Shown here piece by piece: positions 30,416 to 38,875 of a DNA stretch of 64,000 nt. Location of the stretch: contig NZ_JAQNDL010000001.1 in assembly GCF_028368995.1 (NCBI RefSeq), forward strand, positions 224,001-288,000, written 5' to 3'. Each line of letters starts with the position of its first letter. Position 1 is the first letter of the stretch. Source of the stretch: Nannocystis bainbridge (lineage in GTDB: Bacteria > Myxococcota_A > Polyangia > Nannocystales > Nannocystaceae). The notes under the pieces were generated by a model. That model had not been told where the DNA came from. It saw nothing but the letters and a program-made list of their open reading frames with translations, and searched no databases. Both the position numbers and the translations under genes were made by a program.

Positions 30416-32719
30416 GTGGTCGCCGCGCTCGTCGTGCTCCCGAGCGCCGCCGCGCGTGCGGATCGTGAGGCGCCCCCTGCCCCCGGCGGCGAGCCGAACG
30501 TCGACGCCGCGCAGCGTTCGCCGGGCCCTGCGAGCGCCCGGACGGACGGCCGCGAAACGAAGCCCACGTCGGCGCCGCGCCCGGTGAGTCCCCCGAATAC
30601 CGCGGCGCGCCGCGGCCCCTACCACACCGTCGTGCGCGCCGACCAGGGCGACGGCCTCGACGCCCAGCGGCGCCTCGACGCCCAGCGGCCCGGATTTCAC
30701 ACCGCGATCGAGCTGGCCGCCGAGCGCGGCGCGCGGTCGGCCGACGGCCTGCCGGAGATCCTCGCCCGCAGCGCCGGCGCCACCGTGCGCAGCCTCGGCG
30801 GCCTCGGGCAATTCTCGGCGCTGTCGCTGCGCGGCTCGTCGGCCCAGCAGGTGGCGCTGTTCCTCGACGGCGTCCCGCTGTCGGCCGGCAGCGGCGGCGT
30901 CGTCAACCTCGCCGATCTGCCGCTCGACGCCCTCGGCGCGGTCACCATCTACCGCGGATTGGTTCCGATCGCCTACGGCGGGGCCGCGCTCGGCGGCGCC
31001 GTCGACCTCGGCTCCGACCTGCGCTGCGACCCGGTCCCGCGCCTGCGCGCGGTCGTCGGCGCCGGCTCGTTCGCCGCCCGCGAGGCCCGCGTCGGCGCCA
31101 GCGTCCCGCTCGTCGCCAGGTCCAAAGGACATGCCCCAAAGAACATGTCCTCGGCGCCACGTCATTGCCTCGCCGTGCGCGCCGGCTACACCGGGGCGGC
31201 CGGCGATTTCCGCTTTCACAACATCGGCGAGACCCCGCTCGACCCGAGCGACGACCGCCTCGATCGCCGCGTCAACAACAGCTACGACCGCGCCCTGACC
31301 CAGGTGGCCGTGCACGGCCGCGTCGGCGACCTGCGCTACAGCGTGCAGGAGCTGGTGTTCGTCAAGGATCAGGGCGTGCCCAGCATGGCCACCGGGGCCC
31401 AGGCCCGGCGCACCCGGCTCGGCACGGTGTCGGCGCGCACGGTCGCGCGGGTCCGGCGGACCTGGTCCCGAGGACATGTCGAGGGCGTGTTCGGCGTGCT
31501 CGCCGAGCAGGTCCGCTTCCGCGATCCGCTCGGCGAGATCGGCCTCGCGCGCGACGACCAGCGCACGCGCGCGCTCGACCTCTACGCCTCGCCGCGCGGC
31601 CGCGTCGGCGTGTGGCGCGGCGCCGAGATCGGCCTCGTCGCCGACGTGCGCGGCGAGCTGATCCGCGTCGACGAGCGCGCCGCCTCGACCGGCCCGCTCG
31701 GCGCCACCGGCGACGCCGATCGCCGCCGCGTCGCCGGCGGCCTCGGGCTCGAGCTCGACCAGCGCCTGCTCGCCGGCCGCCTGCAGCTCGCGCCCGCGGT
31801 GCGGCTCGACGTCCTCCGCAGCGCCTTCGCGGTGCCGCCCGGCCAGGGCGAGCAGAGCGACGAGGGCCGCGATCACACCAGCCTCGGCGTCTCGCCGCGG
31901 CTCGGCATGCGTCTGTCTCTTCGGCCAGGTCTCAGCCTGCGCGCCAGCGCCGGCCGCTACTTCCGCCCGCCGACCCTGGTCGAGCTGTTCGGCGATCGCG
32001 GCTACGCCGTCGGCAACGAGGGCCTGCGGCCCGAGCGCGGCACCGGCCTCGACGCCGGCCTGGTCGTCAGCACCGCGCCGGCGCGCACCAGCCTCTACGC
32101 CCACGCGGCCGGGTTCGTCACCTGGTCCGAGGATCTGATCGCGTGGACCCAGACCGGCCCGTACCTGCGGCCGACCAACCTCGATCGCGCCCGCGTCGCC
32201 GGCCTCGAGACCGCGGCCGCGCTGCGTCTCCTGGGCGGCGACCTCGAGCTGCGCGGCAACTACACCCTGCTGGCCACCCGCAACGGCAGCGCCGAGGCGT
32301 CGATGCACGGCCAGCCCCTGCCCGGCCGCCCGCGCCACGAGCTGTTCGTGCAGCTCGCCGCCGGCCACGCCTACGACCTGCGCGGCCGCGAGTTCTTGCC
32401 TCGCCTCGGCGTCACCGTCGAGCACGCCGCGCGCACCTTCCTCGATCCCAGCGGTCGCTTCGAGGTCCCGGCGCGCACCCTCGTCGGCGCCTTCCTCGAG
32501 CTGCACCTGCTCGCGCGGGTCCACCTCGCCCTCGAGGTCCGCAACGTGCTCGGCGCGCGCGTCGCTACCTGGCGGCCGCCGGTCGCCGGGAGCCCGGCGG
32601 TGACCGTCCCGCTCAGCGATTTCTTCTTCTTCCCCCTGCCCGGCACCAGCCTCTGGACCACCCTGCGCGTCGACCTTCAGCCGCCGCGCCGCCCGCGAAC
32701 CACCGAGAGACCTTCATGA
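30416..32719 (+). CDS. btuB: TonB-dependent cobalamin receptor (BtuB-like)
   Basis: Plug motifs SLRGSSAQQVALFLDGVPL and GAALGGAVDL; barrel motifs FRPPTLVELFG and GNEGLRPERG; directly downstream of the B12 riboswitch. Confidence 0.85.
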   Translation: MVAALVVLPSAAARADREAPPAPGGEPNVDAAQRSPGPASARTDGRETKPTSAPRPVSPPNTAARRGPYHTVVRADQGDGLDAQRRLDAQRPGFHTAIELAAERGARSADGLPEILARSAGATVRSLGGLGQFSALSLRGSSAQQVALFLDGVPLSAGSGGVVNLADLPLDALGAVTIYRGLVPIAYGGAALGGAVDLGSDLRCDPVPRLRAVVGAGSFAAREARVGASVPLVARSKGHAPKNMSSAPRHCLAVRAGYTGAAGDFRFHNIGETPLDPSDDRLDRRVNNSYDRALTQVAVHGRVGDLRYSVQELVFVKDQGVPSMATGAQARRTRLGTVSARTVARVRRTWSRGHVEGVFGVLAEQVRFRDPLGEIGLARDDQRTRALDLYASPRGRVGVWRGAEIGLVADVRGELIRVDERAASTGPLGATGDADRRRVAGGLGLELDQRLLAGRLQLAPAVRLDVLRSAFAVPPGQGEQSDEGRDHTSLGVSPRLGMRLSLRPGLSLRASAGRYFRPPTLVELFGDRGYAVGNEGLRPERGTGLDAGLVVSTAPARTSLYAHAAGFVTWSEDLIAWTQTGPYLRPTNLDRARVAGLETAAALRLLGGDLELRGNYTLLATRNGSAEASMHGQPLPGRPRHELFVQLAAGHAYDLRGREFLPRLGVTVEHAARTFLDPSGRFEVPARTLVGAFLELHLLARVHLALEVRNVLGARVATWRPPVAGSPAVTVPLSDFFFFPLPGTSLWTTLRVDLQPPRRPRTTERPS

Positions 32720-33954
32720 TCCGCCGCTTCGCCCTCCTCAGCACCGCCCTCGCCCTCGCCGCCTGCAACCCCTCCAGCGGCAGCACCGACACCGACACCG
32801 GCACCGGCACCGAGACCGACGGACCTGGCACGACGGACATGTCCCCCACGACAGGTGAGGCGCCGGTCGTGGTCGAGCTCGACGCCCCCTGCGACTTCGG
32901 TCCCGACGGCGCCACCGAGCTCGCGCTCGTGACCAACGACTTCGTCGCCCCCGCCGGGCTCGGCCGCGTCGACACCGGCGAGCGCCAGATCCTCGCCGAC
33001 CTCCTGCCGGCCACCACCGACACCGCCCTCGGCGCGACCGGCGAGTGGCTCGTCATGGTCCACCGCTTCGGCCACAACCGCATCGACGTGGTCGACCGCG
33101 GCGCATGGCTGCTGCGCGGCTCGGTCGACGTCACCCACAGCGCCGCCGACGACCCCAACCCGCAGGGCGTCACCTTCGCCGCCGACGGCCTCGCCTACGT
33201 GCCGCTGTTCGCCGCGCCGGCGGTCCAGATCTACGACTTCTCGGTCGCCGAGTCGTCGGCCTGGCTGCAGGGCGAGATCGATCTCTCGCCGTTCGCCGAC
33301 GCTGACGGCAGCCCCGAGGCCGGACTCGCGCTCGCGTGCGGCGGCGTGCTGTTCGTCGGCATCCAGCGCCTCGTCGACTTCGCGCCCGTCGACAGCAGCT
33401 ACCTCGTCGCCGTCGACCTCGCGGCGCGGGCCCTGCTCGACCTCGACGTCGCCACGGCAGGCACCCAGGGCATCGAGCTGCTCGGCGCCTACCCCAAGCA
33501 GGTCCGCCGCGATCCGGCCGACGCCGCCGGCCACACCGCGCTGGTCCTGACCTCCGGCGTCGAGCGCGTCGACCTGTCCCGAGGGACATCCGAGTGGGCG
33601 GTCGCCCCCGAAGTCCTGGCGGAGGCCAGCATCGACGGCTTCGACCCGCAGGCGTTCGTCGTCGCCCCCGACGGCGCCTCGATCTTCCTCACTGCCACCG
33701 ACGGTGACTATCCGGCCGCGGCCGTGTTCCAGGTCGGCCTCGATGGCGGCGAGCCGACCGCCCCGGTCAAGGTCGTCGCTGGCCTCAACTCCGGCGACAG
33801 GATGCTCGAGAGAATCGGCGGCACGCTGTGGATCGGCGACGCCAACGGGGCGGCGCCGCGGCTCCGCCTCTACGACGTCGCCGCCGCCGTCGAGGTCGAG
33901 GTCGACGGCCTGACGACCAAGGCCGCCCCGTGGACCTTCATCCCCCTGCCCTGA
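32716..33954 (+). CDS. Lipoprotein with predicted beta-propeller (YncE/BtuG-like), copy 1
   Basis: ATG 32716 overlaps the btuB stop; lipobox ALAAC; NPQGV, AYVPLF and IDLSPFADADGSPEA segments. Confidence 0.7.
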   Translation: MIRRFALLSTALALAACNPSSGSTDTDTGTGTETDGPGTTDMSPTTGEAPVVVELDAPCDFGPDGATELALVTNDFVAPAGLGRVDTGERQILADLLPATTDTALGATGEWLVMVHRFGHNRIDVVDRGAWLLRGSVDVTHSAADDPNPQGVTFAADGLAYVPLFAAPAVQIYDFSVAESSAWLQGEIDLSPFADADGSPEAGLALACGGVLFVGIQRLVDFAPVDSSYLVAVDLAARALLDLDVATAGTQGIELLGAYPKQVRRDPADAAGHTALVLTSGVERVDLSRGTSEWAVAPEVLAEASIDGFDPQAFVVAPDGASIFLTATDGDYPAAAVFQVGLDGGEPTAPVKVVAGLNSGDRMLERIGGTLWIGDANGAAPRLRLYDVAAAVEVEVDGLTTKAAPWTFIPLP

Positions 33955-33967
33955 GAGACAGGTCCTC

Positions 33968-35188
33968 ATGAACATGTCCGTTCGCACCTGTGCTCTCGTG
34001 GTGGTCGGTCTCGGCTGCGAATTTGCCGGCCCACTGCCCGGCGACGGCCCGCCGGCCACCGACGCGCCGACGCCGATCGCCGGCTGGCCGCGCGAGGTCG
34101 GCGCCTGCGTCGGCGACTCGGCCGCGCCGACGCGGCTGCTCGTGACCACCACCGACTTCGCCACCGGCGGGGTCAGCACGGTCGCGCTGGCGGGCTTCAC
34201 CGCGCTGGCCGACGTCGCGCTCGGCAGCACCGACGCCAAGCCGTTCTTCTTCGACGGCACCGCCTATGTGCTGCACCGCTACGGCCTCGACGCCCTCGAC
34301 GTGCTCGACCCCGACGACGGCTTCCGCCTGCTGGCGCAGCGGGCGATCGTCGCCGGGGACCCCGAGGTCGTCAGCGCCAACCCGCACGCGCTGGTGGTCG
34401 GTCCCGACGGCCGCGGCTACGTCTCGCTGTTCGGCGCGCCCGAGGTGCAGGTGTGGGACCTGGCCGATGGGACAGCTCCGAGGTTGACCGGGCGCATCGA
34501 CCTCTCGCCGCTGGCCGACGCCGATGGCAACCCCGAGGCCTCCGAGGTCCTGCTGTGCGGCGGCGTGCTGTTCCTCGCCGTCGACCGCGTCGACCAGGAC
34601 GCCGGCCTGGTGCCGAACGAGCCGCGGGCCCGCCTCGCGGCCGTCGACCTCGCCAGCGGCGCCGTGCACGACCTCGACCCCGCGACGCCCGGCGCCCAGG
34701 GCCTGGCGCTGCTCGGCGGGTGGGCCCGGCAATTTCGCCTCGACCCTGCCGACCCGACCGGACGCACCGCGCTGGTCCTCACCACCGGCCTCGAGCGCGT
34801 CGACCTGTCCTCGGGGACATCCGCGTGGGCGGTCGCCGATGCCCGCCTGCAGGCCGCCGGCCTGACCGACTACCGCCTGCCGCAGGCGTTCGCGCTCGGT
34901 CCGGGCGGGACCGACGTCTATCTGGCCGCCTACCGCGTCGACTTCAGCGAGGTCGCGCTGTTCCGCGCCGCGCTGGACCGCGACGAGCCGCTCGTCGAGC
35001 TCGCGTCCGGCATGCAGTCGGTCGAGCAGAGCCTCGAGGTCATCGGCGACATCCTCTACTTCGGCGACCGCGCCCACGGGGCCTCGGGCCTGCGCGCGTG
35101 GGACCTGCGCCAGAGCCCGCCCGCGCCGCTGCCGGGCGCCCCGCTCGCGCTCGGCCTCGCCCCCTACGCCGCCGTGGCGATCCCCTGA
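33968..35188 (+). CDS. Lipoprotein with predicted beta-propeller (YncE/BtuG-like), copy 2
   Basis: Lipobox VGLGC; paralogous to the previous gene (NPHAL, GYVSLFGAPEVQVWD, IDLSPLADADGNPEA, TALVLTTGLERVDLS). Confidence 0.7.
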   Translation: MNMSVRTCALVVVGLGCEFAGPLPGDGPPATDAPTPIAGWPREVGACVGDSAAPTRLLVTTTDFATGGVSTVALAGFTALADVALGSTDAKPFFFDGTAYVLHRYGLDALDVLDPDDGFRLLAQRAIVAGDPEVVSANPHALVVGPDGRGYVSLFGAPEVQVWDLADGTAPRLTGRIDLSPLADADGNPEASEVLLCGGVLFLAVDRVDQDAGLVPNEPRARLAAVDLASGAVHDLDPATPGAQGLALLGGWARQFRLDPADPTGRTALVLTTGLERVDLSSGTSAWAVADARLQAAGLTDYRLPQAFALGPGGTDVYLAAYRVDFSEVALFRAALDRDEPLVELASGMQSVEQSLEVIGDILYFGDRAHGASGLRAWDLRQSPPAPLPGAPLALGLAPYAAVAIP

Positions 35189-35294
35189 GCTCATGCCCGC
35201 CCACGATCCGCCCCCGTCCTCGCTCGCGCCCGGCGCCCCCGAACCGGGCGAAAATGGGTCGAAATGCCGCGCGCGCGGCCGTAGACTGCCCGCG

Positions 35295-36170
35295 GTGCTG
35301 CGCGGCCTGCCTGTCCTTTTCGCCCTGTCTGCATGTACAGGTGCGCCCGCGCCCGCGCCCGAGACCGGCGATGCGCCCGCGCACCGGATCGTCTCGCAGA
35401 CGATCCTCTCCGACGAGGTGCTGTGGGCGCTCGGTCCCGCGGCCCAGGCCCGCGTCGTCGGCGTCAGCGCGCTCGCCGACGACCCCCGCTACTCCGGCGT
35501 CGCCGGCGTATGGCCGCCCGCGACCCCGCGCCGCGCCCTCACCTCCGAGGGCCTGCTCGCGCTCGCCCCCGACCTGGCCGTGATCGCCAGCTTCACCTCG
35601 CCCGAAGTGCGCGAGCTGCTGACGAGCCACGGCGTGCGCCTGCTCGAGTTCACCCGCTTCACCGGCTTCGCCGACTACCGCTCCCACGTGCGCCAACTCG
35701 CCGCCGCGGTCGAGGACCCGGCCGCGGGCGAGCGCCTGATCGCCGACCTCGACGGCCGCCTGGCCCGCCTGGCCGCGCGTCGGCCGGCGATCCGGCTGGC
35801 GGCGGTCAGCTGGGGCGACGGCCACGCCGCGGCCGCCGGCACCAGCTTCGACGACGTCGCCGAGGCAGCTGGCCTTTCGAACATGGCTAAAGAGAAAGGT
35901 CTCGAAGGACATGTCCCTGTGGCCCTGGAGCTGATGGTCTCGTGGGACCCGCCGGTGATCGTCACCGGCTGCCCGGCGCCCGAGCCCGACGACCCGGCCT
36001 GCCGCGCCGCCGAGGCGGCCGTAGCCGCGCTGCCGGGCGTGCGCGCGACCGCGGCGGCGCGGGGCGGGCGGATCTTCGCGGTGCCCGCACGCGCGCTCGC
36101 CAGCACCGGCGAGGGCATGGCGCGCGCCGCCGAGATCTTGCAAGACCGCCTGCGCGCGGAGCCGCCGTGA
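35295..36170 (+). CDS. btuF: Cobalamin ABC transporter substrate-binding lipoprotein
   Basis: Lipobox ALSAC; RIVSQTILSDEVL, EGLLALAPDLAV, AGLSNMA; start placed at GTG 35295. Confidence 0.8.
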   Translation: MLRGLPVLFALSACTGAPAPAPETGDAPAHRIVSQTILSDEVLWALGPAAQARVVGVSALADDPRYSGVAGVWPPATPRRALTSEGLLALAPDLAVIASFTSPEVRELLTSHGVRLLEFTRFTGFADYRSHVRQLAAAVEDPAAGERLIADLDGRLARLAARRPAIRLAAVSWGDGHAAAAGTSFDDVAEAAGLSNMAKEKGLEGHVPVALELMVSWDPPVIVTGCPAPEPDDPACRAAEAAVAALPGVRATAAARGGRIFAVPARALASTGEGMARAAEILQDRLRAEPP

Positions 36171-37168
36171 ACCGCACCACCTGGCTGGCCGCGGCCGCGA
36201 TCCCGCTCGCGCTGCTGCTGTCTCTCGGGACAGGTCCGGGCGAGATCGGCCTCGCCGAGGCGCTCGCCACCATCGGTCGCCGGCTCGCCGGCGACGAGCT
36301 CGATCTGCGCGGCGCGATCGTGTGGGATCTGCGGCTGCCGCGGGCGCTGCTCGCCGGCCTCGTCGGCGCCGCCCTGGCGGCCGCGGGCGCGCTGTGCCAG
36401 GGCCTGTTCCGCAACCCGATGGCCGATCCGGGGGTGCTCGGCGTCAGCTCCGGGGCCGCGCTGTTCGCCGTCGTCGGCCTGCTGTTGGGCTTCGACCGCG
36501 CCGGGTTGTGGGCGATCCCGGTCGTCGCGGCGATCGGCGCGGCCGCGGCCATGGGGCTCCTGCTCGCGGCCGCCGGGCGACAGGCCAGCCTCGCCGTCCT
36601 GCTGCTCGCCGGCGTCGCGCTCGGGGCCCTGTGCTCGGCGCTGATCACCGTGTGTCAGGCGCTCGCCTCGCATCAGTGGGACTTCGGGCTCAAGGTCATC
36701 TACTGGCTGATGGGCAGCTTCGAAGGCCGCAGTTGGCCCCACCTGTCGTGGGCCGTGCCCCCCTGCGGGCTCGGGCTCGCGCTGGCACTATGGCTGCGTC
36801 GCGACCTCGACGCGCTCCACCTCGGCAGCGACGCCGCGGCCTCGCTCGGTGTCGACCTCGCGCGCCTGCGCCTGCTCGTGGTCGTCGCTGTCGGCCTCCT
36901 CGTCGGCGCCGCGACCGCGCTGACCGGCGTACTGGCGTTCGTCGGGCTCGTCGCCCCGCACGTCGCTCGCATGTCCTCGGGGCCAGGTCATCGACGTCTC
37001 GTCCCGCTCGCCGCGCTCGTCGGCGCGAGCGCGACCATCCTCGTCGACGCCGTCGCTCGCTCGGCCAGCGGGGTCGTGATCCCTCCCGGAGTGATCACCA
37101 GCCTGGTCGGCGCGCCTTTCTTTCTGTGGCTGCTCCGGCGTCGCGGCCTGCGCGGACTCGCTGGCTGA
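36167..37168 (+). CDS. btuC: FecCD/BtuC family ABC permease
   Basis: LRLPRALLA, QGLFRNPMADPGVLGVSSGA, AASLGV, FVGLVAPH, GVITSLVGAPFFLWLL. Confidence 0.9.
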   Translation: MNRTTWLAAAAIPLALLLSLGTGPGEIGLAEALATIGRRLAGDELDLRGAIVWDLRLPRALLAGLVGAALAAAGALCQGLFRNPMADPGVLGVSSGAALFAVVGLLLGFDRAGLWAIPVVAAIGAAAAMGLLLAAAGRQASLAVLLLAGVALGALCSALITVCQALASHQWDFGLKVIYWLMGSFEGRSWPHLSWAVPPCGLGLALALWLRRDLDALHLGSDAAASLGVDLARLRLLVVVAVGLLVGAATALTGVLAFVGLVAPHVARMSSGPGHRRLVPLAALVGASATILVDAVARSASGVVIPPGVITSLVGAPFFLWLLRRRGLRGLAG

Positions 37169-37662
37169 GCGCGACGCTTGCACATGCATCGTCGTCACGT
37201 GTCCGCGCGTCGTTCGGACGAACGCGGTCAACTGACCGCACCGCTGCACGCGCACGCCGATCCGTGTGACTTTGTCTGAGCCAGAGCATGCGTTCCTGCG
37301 CTGCGCATCAGCGGCGTGGTGACAGCGCGGCATTACGCGTGCGGCCCATAGACCACGGCGCTGATGTGCGCGACGTCGAAGTCGCTCCACATACAACATC
37401 TTGGGTTCACGCGCGGAGCGCTGTCCACAACTAGTGCCCTGCAGCAAACTCGAAGCGCGGACACGTGCGAACGACTGTCACATTCTCACGCCGGTCGCTC
37501 GTGCACATGCACGCGAGTGACGCGGCTGCACGCTCGCGCGCGGGCAGAATCCGGGACGTCCGCACTGGACGGACCACCGCTTTCGGTTTCTTCTTGTCGG
37601 CCTGATGAGCCCCGGCGCGGAAGACCTCAGCGAGCTCAGCGGAGACGAAGGAAGGTAGCGGA

Positions 37663-38724
37663 ATGAGATTGGTGCACCTGACAGCTCTGGCCTGCGCCGT
37701 CGCCGTCGTCACTGACGGCTTCGACGACGGCGCCAGCGCGGAAGCGGCCCACGATGTCCGGTTCGACGACCGCTACGACCTCGACGGCGACCTGAACACA
37801 GCCGGCCGGACCGGCCCGAGCAGCCTGGACGAAGTTCTGCGGGCGCCCGTTCGCGCCCTCGCGCCCGTGACACCTGCGCCCGTCGAGCCCGCGCTCGATG
37901 AGCCCGCGCAGGTCGCCGCCGACCGCGCACAGGTCGAGCAGTTCCTCCCCCACCAGTGCGTGCACGGCGTCGACGAGCAGCGCCCGCGGCTGACGCGGAA
38001 CGAGCAAAAACGGACCTACGACGTGCTCGCGCACGTCGTCAAGCGGCTCAAGGCCAGCGACGATTTCCTCAAGCTGCTCCAGCTGGTCGCCTCGCGCGAA
38101 TCGAGCCTGCAGCAAGGGCTCGTGCACCGCCTGTCACCTGACCTCGAGGCCAGCCAACAGGCGTGGCGCAAGACCGCCAAGCTCTACGAGGGCAACCCGC
38201 ACCACGCCGAGCACGAGCACTGGCAGACCTACGGCCTGTTCGGCATGAACTCCAACTACTTCACCCAGGTGTGGGACAACCAGGCCGACCCCCGCGTCCT
38301 GTGCGACGCGATCGTCGACATCCTCGTCTATCGCCGCGCCGTCGCCCGCGTCATCCGCAAGGCGGGCACCGCCATCGAGTGCACCGACGCCGCCGGCCGG
38401 ACCTATCAGCACACCACCCGCGCCACCTGGGAGAGCGTGCACCGGGCCGTCAGCGGCGGGAAGATGTGCCCGAGCAAGAGCGAGAACGTCGCCGCGATCA
38501 TGGGCAAGTACTTCCGCGGACGCGCGGCCAAGTTCGGGCTCGACCCTGACAAGCCCGTCACCCTCAAGATGTTGGGCGTGGAGCCGGCCAAGGGCCTCGA
38601 CGGCGCCGCCTGGGCCGACCAGGAGGCGATCGTCATGGGCCTGTGGGCCGAGCTCGAGGCCGAGTGGGCCGAGCACCCGCCGGACGAGCCCGAGCCGGTG
38701 AAGATCGCCCGCACCGGCGTCTGA
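37663..38724 (+). CDS. Secreted hypothetical protein with lysozyme/lytic-transglycosylase-like motifs
   Basis: Signal-like N-terminus; VASRESS (catalytic-Glu-like) followed by YGLFGM; purine-rich RBS-like sequence upstream. Confidence 0.6.
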   Translation: MRLVHLTALACAVAVVTDGFDDGASAEAAHDVRFDDRYDLDGDLNTAGRTGPSSLDEVLRAPVRALAPVTPAPVEPALDEPAQVAADRAQVEQFLPHQCVHGVDEQRPRLTRNEQKRTYDVLAHVVKRLKASDDFLKLLQLVASRESSLQQGLVHRLSPDLEASQQAWRKTAKLYEGNPHHAEHEHWQTYGLFGMNSNYFTQVWDNQADPRVLCDAIVDILVYRRAVARVIRKAGTAIECTDAAGRTYQHTTRATWESVHRAVSGGKMCPSKSENVAAIMGKYFRGRAAKFGLDPDKPVTLKMLGVEPAKGLDGAAWADQEAIVMGLWAELEAEWAEHPPDEPEPVKIARTGV

Positions 38725-38875
38725 TCGGCGCCCGCGCACCCGGACCGGCATCGGACCCGGCCCCCGGGCCCGGCGCCCTGGCCACCGGAACGGCGCTCCT
38801 CGCCGACCCGGCCGGGGCCTCGTTCGCGGTCGCGCGCCGTCCCCGCTGGCGAAGCCGCGGCGGCCCCGCTATCTT

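Noticed and set aside
37421-37429. CTGTCCACA as a DnaA box / origin
   Set aside because: Single imperfect copy, no box cluster and no dnaA/dnaN context.
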